Origin: Anaerolineales bacterium UBA5796 | GTDB lineage: Bacteria; Chloroflexota; Anaerolineae; Anaerolineales; Villigracilaceae | Assembly (NCBI GenBank): GCA_002418215.1 | Contig: DIDQ01000119.1 | Coordinates: forward strand, 1-64,000 | DNA length: 64,000 bases | Direction: 5' to 3' | Part shown: one piece after another, positions 57,727-64,000 of the stretch | Layout: each line of letters opens with the position of its first letter | Position numbering within the stretch: the stretch's first letter is position 1 | Made by a program: the position numbers and the translations under genes | The notes under the pieces: model-generated | The model's input: the letters and a program-made list of their open reading frames with translations, nothing else | What the model was told of the DNA's origin: nothing | Database searches by the model: none

Positions 57727-58451
57727 GAGTAGGCCAAACAGGTCGCTCGCACCGGGTATCCCTGGTGGATGCCTCGCCGCTACGAAAAGCGGACCCGCGC
57801 GCCAAGCTGTTCATTAGCCTGGCCGTTTCGTTGGTTGTCATGATGCCCCTGGAGCGACTGGCAATTTTTCTCGGCCTGTACATTTTTTTCTTATGGTGGG
57901 CGCGTTTATTGATCCCTTCTGCCCAACAAATCTGGCGTCTCAAGTGGCTGCTGATCGTTCTGTTTGCCTTCGATTGGTGGTTGATCAGCCTGGAACATGC
58001 CCTGCTGATCTGCACCCGTCTGGCCCTGCTCACGGGCGTCTTTGCCCTGTTTTTTTCAACCACCACCACACGTGAATTGGGCCTGGCCCTGGAAAGATTG
58101 CGCGTGCCTTATCGTTATGCTTTCAGCTTGAGCCTGGCCTTCCAAAGCCTGGGGCTGCTGGAGGATGAGTGGCGCGCCATCCGTGAAGCGCAGCTATCTC
58201 GCGGGGTCGAGCCAAGGATTTTTTCGTTCAGGCAGCTTGTCAGCCAGGTCGGTGACCTGATCTCGCTGGCGGTACCGGCCATCGTCCTGACCACCAAAAG
58301 AGCCTGGGCCATCACTGAAGCCGCCTATGCGCGCGGCTTCGATTCGCCGCATCGCACTTCGTACCGCACCTTGTCCTTTTCCCGGTTTGACTTTGTCTTG
58401 ATGGCCGGCGCGGTCATATTGATTGCCCTTTTATATTGGAGGTTTGCATGA
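57723..58451 (+). CDS. ECF transporter transmembrane component (EcfT/CbiQ)
   Basis: Contains the conserved ARG-containing loop motif (AIREAQLSRG). Confidence 0.75.
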   Translation: MRVGQTGRSHRVSLVDASPLRKADPRAKLFISLAVSLVVMMPLERLAIFLGLYIFFLWWARLLIPSAQQIWRLKWLLIVLFAFDWWLISLEHALLICTRLALLTGVFALFFSTTTTRELGLALERLRVPYRYAFSLSLAFQSLGLLEDEWRAIREAQLSRGVEPRIFSFRQLVSQVGDLISLAVPAIVLTTKRAWAITEAAYARGFDSPHRTSYRTLSFSRFDFVLMAGAVILIALLYWRFA

Positions 58452-58945
58452 GTTTTAGTCAACGTGTCGTGGTTGCAGTGGTCATCTTGCTGGTAATCGT
58501 GGGCGTTGTCATGGGAGTTGATTATCTGCAACGGCAAAAAGCGGCTTCACTCGCGCCAGCCGACATCCTGCCAGGCTCGATCCCAATCTTTATCAACGGC
58601 AATCTTGTCGCCAGTTTTGTGCCAGATGATCTGAGTCAACTGCAAAATGTCAGCTTTGTGGATGCCGAAGAAGGCAAAACCCAGGATGGCTGGCTGCTGC
58701 GGGATGTGCTCTTCCTGTACTTAGGTGAAGACAACCTGCTAGCCGGCACGCAAGTTACCGTTTCCAGTTCCAGCCGCGAGAAGTCCCATACCCTGGCTTG
58801 GGCCGAAATTGACCGCCAGGAGAATATGGTCATTTTCGACCTTTCGGGACGCGGGACGCTGAAATTGGTGTCCAAAATCCCGGGTTTTGATACCCGCGAT
58901 TCCTGGATTCAGGATGTTAACAAGATCGAGCTTAATACCCCATAA
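58448..58945 (+). CDS. Membrane-anchored hypothetical protein
   Basis: ATGA overlap with ecfT. A single N-terminal transmembrane segment. Confidence 0.5.
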   Translation: MSFSQRVVVAVVILLVIVGVVMGVDYLQRQKAASLAPADILPGSIPIFINGNLVASFVPDDLSQLQNVSFVDAEEGKTQDGWLLRDVLFLYLGEDNLLAGTQVTVSSSSREKSHTLAWAEIDRQENMVIFDLSGRGTLKLVSKIPGFDTRDSWIQDVNKIELNTP

Positions 58946-58967
58946 CATAGATTAGAGGCGCATTGCC

Positions 58968-59516
58968 ATGAAACCGCGTTCCTTTTCAACTTTTCACTTG
59001 ATCCTTTTGGCCTTGTTCTCGGCCCTGGTCATCGTAGCCAAAATTGCTTTGCGTACCCCGCTGCAACTCCCCGGGCATTCAGGGATTTTCTGGATGGCAA
59101 TCATCGTGATCGGAGCAAAAGTTGTCCATAAACCGGGGGCGGCTTCGATCATTGGAATTACATCCGGCCTGCTGGCAGGTTTCCTGGGATTGGGAGATTT
59201 CGGCGCCCTGAACACTTTCCTTTCCTATGCGATGGTAGGTGTGGCATCCGACTTGCTCTTGTGGCTGCTGGGCGGCGATACCGAAATCCTTATCGTTGCC
59301 ATTCTCGTGGGGATTTTTGGGCACATGGGCAAATTCCTGACCAAGTGGGTGTTTGGGGTGATAACCGGCGCGCCGCTGGGTTTCGTGGCGCTGGGGTTGC
59401 TCCGCTCCATCATTGGATATATCGTTTTTGGTGCTGTCGGAGGGCTTTTGGGTTGGTTGACACTGAAGGCTTTGCGCCGCGCCGGTTTCTTCGCTTACCT
59501 GGCTGAAAAACGATAA
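58968..59516 (+). CDS. Putative ECF transporter S component (substrate-capture protein)
   Basis: Five or six transmembrane helices. It lies downstream of the EcfA1A2-EcfT genes. Confidence 0.55.
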   Translation: MKPRSFSTFHLILLALFSALVIVAKIALRTPLQLPGHSGIFWMAIIVIGAKVVHKPGAASIIGITSGLLAGFLGLGDFGALNTFLSYAMVGVASDLLLWLLGGDTEILIVAILVGIFGHMGKFLTKWVFGVITGAPLGFVALGLLRSIIGYIVFGAVGGLLGWLTLKALRRAGFFAYLAEKR

Positions 59517-59657
59517 ATTTCTGGCCCGAGCATCTTGGAGCACGGTCTCCCGCCTGCCGGGCAAGCCTCAACTTGCGCGCCATTTAAGCAGCCTGTTTAA
59601 TGGCAAACCCCGCGCCTGCGCGCGGGGCTGCCAAACAAACTCGGGGAGGAAAAATGG

Positions 59658-59882
59658 CTAAACGGTAAACGGATCGTAATCGGGGTTCGTACCTGCCCAT
59701 ACGCAGGCCAGTTTTTCGAACTTGTTGCAGGTCATACCCTGCGAGCAGCGGTGAGCCGTCACCCGCGGCGGCTGGTCGGGCAGGAACTCGGCCGGATAGA
59801 CCAGGCGGGCTTCGAGGGCCACATCGCTGCCGGCGTGTTCACAATAACAAATCTTACTGACTTCCCAAACTTGTTTTGCCAC
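59658..59882 (-). CDS. Small Cys/His-rich protein (74 aa)
   Basis: GTG start with a GGAGGTG Shine-Dalgarno. It has a CxC.H ... C....C ... C pattern. Confidence 0.45.
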   Translation of the reverse strand: MAKQVWEVSKICYCEHAGSDVALEARLVYPAEFLPDQPPRVTAHRCSQGMTCNKFEKLACVWAGTNPDYDPFTV

Positions 59883-60048
59883 AACGCACCTCCAAACTAC
59901 ATCCCTAGTTTACGCGATCAGCGGTTTTTAGGATAGTGACAGGCATCACATCCTGGCATGACAAAGCGCCTATATTCACCCGTAATTATCCGCTTAAGCG
60001 AATGTGATTTGGGTGTGTTTCAAATGAGTTGAAACACACCCAGGCGAT

Positions 60049-61347
60049 TTACCGCTCCGCCAGGCGGAAGATTTGGCCGTTATCGCCAACGAAGAAAATT
60101 TCACCGGATTCGTCCATGCCGAACGAGGTGACCGACACCCCCGCCTCGAACAGGACCTGGGCCTGCCACTGACCCTCGACATTTAGCAGCCCCCAGATAT
60201 GCCCGCTGCAATAGTCCGCATAGAAGTAGATGCCCTGCCATTCGGGCATCGCCCCGCGATAGACATACCCGCCCGTCACCGAGCAGCCGACCTGGTGGCT
60301 GTATTCGGCCACCGGGTCAATGTAGGGGAAGTTCATCTGCGGCTCACCCTGGTAGTGGTGCAGGCCCTCGTAAATATTCCAGCCGAAGTTCAACCGGCCG
60401 GTCGAACCGGCTGGGAGGAAATTGATCTCCTCCCACTTGTTTTGGCCGACATCCGCGATGAACAGGTCGCCGGTGAGCGGGTCGAATGAGAAACGCCAGG
60501 GATTGCGCAGGCCGTAGGCCCAGATTTCGGGGAAGCCGCCACCCCCCGCAAAAGGATTATCGGGTGGGATGGCGTAGGGGTCGCCGTTGTCCACGTCGAG
60601 GCGCAGGATCTTGCCGAGGTAGGTATCCGTGACCTGGGCATAACCAAGCGGATCGCCGGCCGAGCCGCCGTCACCGAGGCCGAGGTAGAGGTAGCCGTCC
60701 GGGCCGAAGGCGACCATGCCGCCGTTGTGGTTGCGGTAAGGCTGCTGGACCCGGAGCAGGACCGTCTCGCTGGCCGGGTTGGCCTGGTTGGGGTCGGCGG
60801 CGGTGACGTTGAACCGGGCGATCACGGTGTTGCCGTTCAGGTCGGTGTAGTTGACGAAGAACCGGCCGTTTTCAAGGTACCGTGGATGGAAAGCCAGGCC
60901 GAGCAGCCCCTGTTCGTTGGCGCTGCTGCCGACGCGGTCGGTGAGATCGAGGAAGGGAGTTGCGAGCAACTGTCCATCGGCGAAGACGCGGATGCGCCCG
61001 GCCTTCTCGACGATGAACAGCCGCCCGGAGCCGTCGCCGGCGTTTTGCAAATCCACCGGGCGCTGGAGGCCGGAGAGGACTTCGACCCAGGCAAAAGCGC
61101 CCGGATCGGGGAAGGTTGTGGCGGGTTGGGGTGTGAGGGTGGGGGATGGTACAGGGGAAGGGGTCGCGTTGGGCGCGGGGGATTCTGTCGGCGGGAGGGG
61201 TGACGGGACCTGGCTGGGGGCCTGGCTCGGCGTCGAAACGGGGGGCGGACCGGGGTCCGGGGTGGAGGCGGGGGCGCAAGCGGCGAGGATAAGCGCAAGC
61301 GCCAAAGTTACCGGTAAAGGGGATTTGTAAGTCATTTCAATCCACAT
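60049..61347 (-). CDS. PQQ-dependent soluble sugar (glucose/sorbosone) dehydrogenase, beta-propeller; lipoprotein
   Basis: It has a lipobox LAAC, a Pro/Ser-rich linker, and a GSDH-family propeller with motifs GLLGLAFHP and HNGG. Confidence 0.8.
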   Translation of the reverse strand: MWIEMTYKSPLPVTLALALILAACAPASTPDPGPPPVSTPSQAPSQVPSPLPPTESPAPNATPSPVPSPTLTPQPATTFPDPGAFAWVEVLSGLQRPVDLQNAGDGSGRLFIVEKAGRIRVFADGQLLATPFLDLTDRVGSSANEQGLLGLAFHPRYLENGRFFVNYTDLNGNTVIARFNVTAADPNQANPASETVLLRVQQPYRNHNGGMVAFGPDGYLYLGLGDGGSAGDPLGYAQVTDTYLGKILRLDVDNGDPYAIPPDNPFAGGGGFPEIWAYGLRNPWRFSFDPLTGDLFIADVGQNKWEEINFLPAGSTGRLNFGWNIYEGLHHYQGEPQMNFPYIDPVAEYSHQVGCSVTGGYVYRGAMPEWQGIYFYADYCSGHIWGLLNVEGQWQAQVLFEAGVSVTSFGMDESGEIFFVGDNGQIFRLAER

Positions 61348-61723
61348 CCTGTGTTTCGCCGTCTATGATATCCGAGTCTTCGTCCACATCCCTGGATACG
61401 CCGGATATGACGGTTCGGAGGGCATTCAGGTGTTCCTGGACGATTTGCGGCGGGCACATTTCGATGAACATGTACAACCCGGCCCACACAATGGCAACAT
61501 CATCGAGCGCCCCGACGAATGGGGCGAGCAGCCCGGGCACAAAATCTATAGGGGAAACAAGATAGATGAGCGAACCGAGGGGGAGCAGTTTGAGCCAAAA
61601 GCTGACGCGTGGATCGCCCATCAGGCGCAAGATGAGTTTGATGCGCTGGGCAATATCCTGGAAGATGCCGGTTGGGGGCGGGGCAATGTTTCGGATATTT
61701 CTCTTGGGTTTTTCTTCAGGCAT
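61337..61723 (-). CDS. DUF1232 (YkvA-like) membrane protein
   Basis: Contains SPIDFVP...GxxDD. Confidence 0.6.
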   Translation of the reverse strand: MPEEKPKRNIRNIAPPPTGIFQDIAQRIKLILRLMGDPRVSFWLKLLPLGSLIYLVSPIDFVPGLLAPFVGALDDVAIVWAGLYMFIEMCPPQIVQEHLNALRTVISGVSRDVDEDSDIIDGETQDVD

Positions 61724-61737
61724 GGGATTTTCTCCTT

Positions 61738-61752
61738 GTGGGTATTATATAA
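61738..61752. promoter_or_regulatory. Second copy of the promoter-like 15-mer GTGGGTATTATATAA
   Basis: Identical to 30008-30022. It lies about 15-20 nt upstream of the DUF1232 start on the opposite strand. Confidence 0.4.
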
Positions 61753-61805
61753 CGTCAAGGAGGAAGGTGGGTTGCAAGGGGGCAAAACGGCCACCCGGCT
61801 GAGAG

Positions 61806-62234
61806 TCAGGCTGCTTCAAAATACTCTCGCAACAACGCCGGGATTTCGGCGGCGATGGCATCCCGCACGTCCCGGAAAGCGTGCAAAATTTCGGCCTCGT
61901 TGCCCTGGGCTTTGGCCGGGTCAGGGAAGCTGTGGTGGGTCTTCCGACCTTTGCCCAGCCAGACGGGGCATTCTTCGGCAGCCGAATCGCAAACAGTGAT
62001 GACCAGGTCGAAATCGAGACCTTTGAACTCGTCGGCGTGTTTCGAGCGGCCTTCGTGCTGGATGCCGATCTCTTCGAGGACGCGCAGGGCAAGCGGGTGG
62101 GCGTACCCGGCCGGCTTCGTCCCGGCGCTGACAGCCATCCACCGGTCGCCCAGGCGGGCGTTGACGATGGCTTCGGCCATTTGCGAGCGGCAGGAATTTC
62201 CGGTGCAGAGGAAGAGCACTTTATTAGGGGGCAT
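61806..62234 (-). CDS. arsC: Arsenate reductase, LMW-PTPase family (thioredoxin-coupled)
   Basis: Contains the CTGNSCRSQMAE P-loop and downstream Cys residues. Confidence 0.85.
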   Translation of the reverse strand: MPPNKVLFLCTGNSCRSQMAEAIVNARLGDRWMAVSAGTKPAGYAHPLALRVLEEIGIQHEGRSKHADEFKGLDFDLVITVCDSAAEECPVWLGKGRKTHHSFPDPAKAQGNEAEILHAFRDVRDAIAAEIPALLREYFEAA

Positions 62235-62332
62235 GGGTCACCTGTTCGATAATTCTATACAAATTCGATGCGTTTCAGGTTAAAAGGCGGTTAACGTTAT
62301 TGTGAAGCCTCCAGCATTGACGCGCAAGCTGT

Positions 62333-62363
62333 GTTAGATTATTATCTAACAAATTAGATAATT
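62333..62363. promoter_or_regulatory. Nested palindromic operator-like site GTTAGATTATTATCTAACAAATTAGATAATT, lying between arsC and the MFS gene
   Basis: TATTATCTAA/TTAGATAATT arms flank a 3-nt spacer and overlap the second inverted repeat GTTAGAT/ATCTAAC. AT-rich. Confidence 0.5.
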
Positions 62364-62385
62364 GTCTATAAGGAAGATTTTTGGA

Positions 62386-63654
62386 ATGAGTCCTGCACTG
62401 AAGCAAGTTTTGGTCACTTATGCCGCACGGGTCGGCGCGTTCAGCCGCAATGCCCGCCTGTACCTGGTCAGCGCGGTGTTGACCGGGGCGGCTTTTGGCG
62501 TGTACCGCCTGCTGTTCAATTTCTACGCCCTCAGCCTGGGCATGGACGAGAGTATCATCGGCCAGCTCATCACCACTGCCAGCATGACCTCGCTGATCGC
62601 GGCCCTGCCAATGGGCTACCTGGCCGATTTCCTGGGGCGCAAACGGTCGCTGCTGCTCGGCGGCGGGCTGGTGGTCTTCTCTATTGTGGCGATGGTTTTG
62701 TGGCCGTCGCGGGCCATGTTCGTGGCGATGAATATTGTCAGCGGGCTGGGGCAGGGCCTGTCGGCGGTGACCATGTCGCCGTTTCTGGTGGAAAATAGCG
62801 GCGAGGAGGAACGGACCTACCTGTTCAGCTTGAGCCAGGGATTGCAGATGATGTCTGGTTTTGCCGGGAACTGGATCGGCGGCTATATCCCGACCTGGGC
62901 CGGCAGCCTCCAGAATGTCTCTGCGACGAGCAGCGCGGCCTACGCCTGGGCGCTGGGGATCGTGGCTCTGGCCGCCGGGATCGCCTTGCTGCCCATGCTC
63001 TGGCTGAAGACCCCCAAGCTTGGCGCGGTCCAGCGTTCGGTTTTTGCCCCGCTGCGCTACGCGGCCGAACAGCCTGCCCTGCTGACCAAACTTGTCCTGC
63101 CGATGCTGATCACCTCGCTCGGCGCGGGATTGATCATGCCGTTCATGAACGTTTTCTTCCGCACCGTCCACTTCCAGCCGGACCCGGTGATCGGGGCGCT
63201 GTTCGCCTGGGGATCGCTGGCCATGGGGATCGGCATCCTGGTCGCCCCGCCGATGGCCGATAGGATGGGCAAGATCCAACTGGTGGTGGTGACCCAGGCG
63301 CTCTCGATCCCGTTCCTGATCCTACTTGGGTTTGCGCCCTGGTTCTGGGTCAGCGCGGCAGCCTACTACATCCGGGTGGCGCTGATGAACATGGGCGGCC
63401 CGGTCTACAACGCCTACGTGATGGAGAAGGTCGAGCCTTCGGCGCGGGCAACGGTGGCCAGCCTGGTGAGCATGTCGTGGAATTTCGGCTGGGCCTTCAG
63501 CCCGACGGTCAGCGGCTGGATGCAGGTCAAGTATGGCTTCGGCCCGTCCTTCATCGGGACGATCAGCCTGTACGCCGTGGCCGTATTCCTCTACTGGCGC
63601 TTTTTCTGGTACCCGGACCGGAAACGGGCACTCCATCCGGCCGCGGCGGATTGA
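62386..63654 (+). CDS. MFS transporter
   Basis: Twelve transmembrane helices and an MFS motif GYLADFLGRKR. AGGAAG Shine-Dalgarno. Confidence 0.8.
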   Translation: MSPALKQVLVTYAARVGAFSRNARLYLVSAVLTGAAFGVYRLLFNFYALSLGMDESIIGQLITTASMTSLIAALPMGYLADFLGRKRSLLLGGGLVVFSIVAMVLWPSRAMFVAMNIVSGLGQGLSAVTMSPFLVENSGEEERTYLFSLSQGLQMMSGFAGNWIGGYIPTWAGSLQNVSATSSAAYAWALGIVALAAGIALLPMLWLKTPKLGAVQRSVFAPLRYAAEQPALLTKLVLPMLITSLGAGLIMPFMNVFFRTVHFQPDPVIGALFAWGSLAMGIGILVAPPMADRMGKIQLVVVTQALSIPFLILLGFAPWFWVSAAAYYIRVALMNMGGPVYNAYVMEKVEPSARATVASLVSMSWNFGWAFSPTVSGWMQVKYGFGPSFIGTISLYAVAVFLYWRFFWYPDRKRALHPAAAD

Positions 63655-63689
63655 GACGCAAGCAAACCAAAGGACGCACCGTGGATTGA

Positions 63690-64000
63690 TCAGCGGGCGC
63701 GGGCTTGAGTCTGTAAATTTGCGAAATCCGCGTTAGAAAAGTTCATTGCCCTGTTCGCCGTTTCGACGACGTAATCCACCATCCGGGCCGGGATGTCCAC
63801 GCCGGTGGCGGCGATACTGTTGCGGAACTCCATCGTGTGGTTCACCTCGTTGACCGTTAGCCCGTCCGCCGTTTCGAACAGGTCAATCGCCAGCAACCCG
63901 CCGCCCACAGCCTGCGCCGTGCGCTGACAGATGTCGCTCAACTCGGGCGTCAGCGGACAGTTGGTCGCTACGCCGCCGCGGGCCGTGTTGGTGATCCAGT
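63690..64000 (-). CDS. ATP-grasp ligase of the RimK/LysX family. Only the C-terminal part is in the window; the gene runs past the end.
   Basis: Reads ...[16 protein letters not shown]...[25 protein letters not shown]. The reading frame stays open upstream of the listed Met. Confidence 0.65.
   Translation of the reverse strand, partial: WITNTARGGVATNCPLTPELSDICQRTAQAVGGGLLAIDLFETADGLTVNEVNHTMEFRNSIAATGVDIPARMVDYVVETANRAMNFSNADFANLQTQARAR

Overview
This is a high-GC (about 65%) bacterial chromosomal segment. It carries mostly housekeeping genes: secA, adenosine deaminase, aconitase A, flotillin, mutS2, moaA, NAD-malic enzyme, gdhA, tex, dnaN, metH, a sugar ABC transporter, a Tup-like tungstate/molybdate ABC transporter with its regulator, and an ECF transporter module. 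Three things stand out.

(1) A roughly 5.5 kb AT-rich island at about 1.7-7.2 kb lies immediately upstream of secA. Five overlapping minus-strand genes form one apparent operon. In transcription order they are a 158-aa unknown protein, a C5-cytosine DNA methyltransferase (Dcm), a 716-aa protein with two GHKL/HATPase domains (an N-terminal MORC/MutL-like ATPase and a C-terminal histidine-kinase-like H-box plus catalytic domain), a 441-aa protein with an N-terminal receiver (REC) domain and an unknown C-terminal domain, and a Vsr very-short-patch-repair endonuclease. No integrase is present. I read this as a candidate undescribed Dcm/Vsr-linked restriction-like defence module with a built-in phosphorelay.

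(2) The window holds several independent repeat families. One is a nested-palindrome element of about 100 bp with 4.5 copies (GTCATTGCGAGG ... CGAAGCAATC). A second is a MITE-like element of about 88 bp with 3 copies, bounded by GTGCGTCGCACC / GGTGCGACGCAC. There are also two different arrays of palindromic repeats with 21-22 bp periodicity, a 130-bp GTC/GAC octamer palindrome, and an IS200/RAYT-like tnpA framed by direct-repeat blocks next to a YefM/YoeB toxin-antitoxin pair.

(3) Short palindromic or tandem-repeat DNA is inserted in-frame inside conserved genes. metH has two such insertions and mutS2 has one; both proteins gain an SGQR peptide.

All coordinates come from manual reading and may be off by 1-3 nt. 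No database searches were possible.
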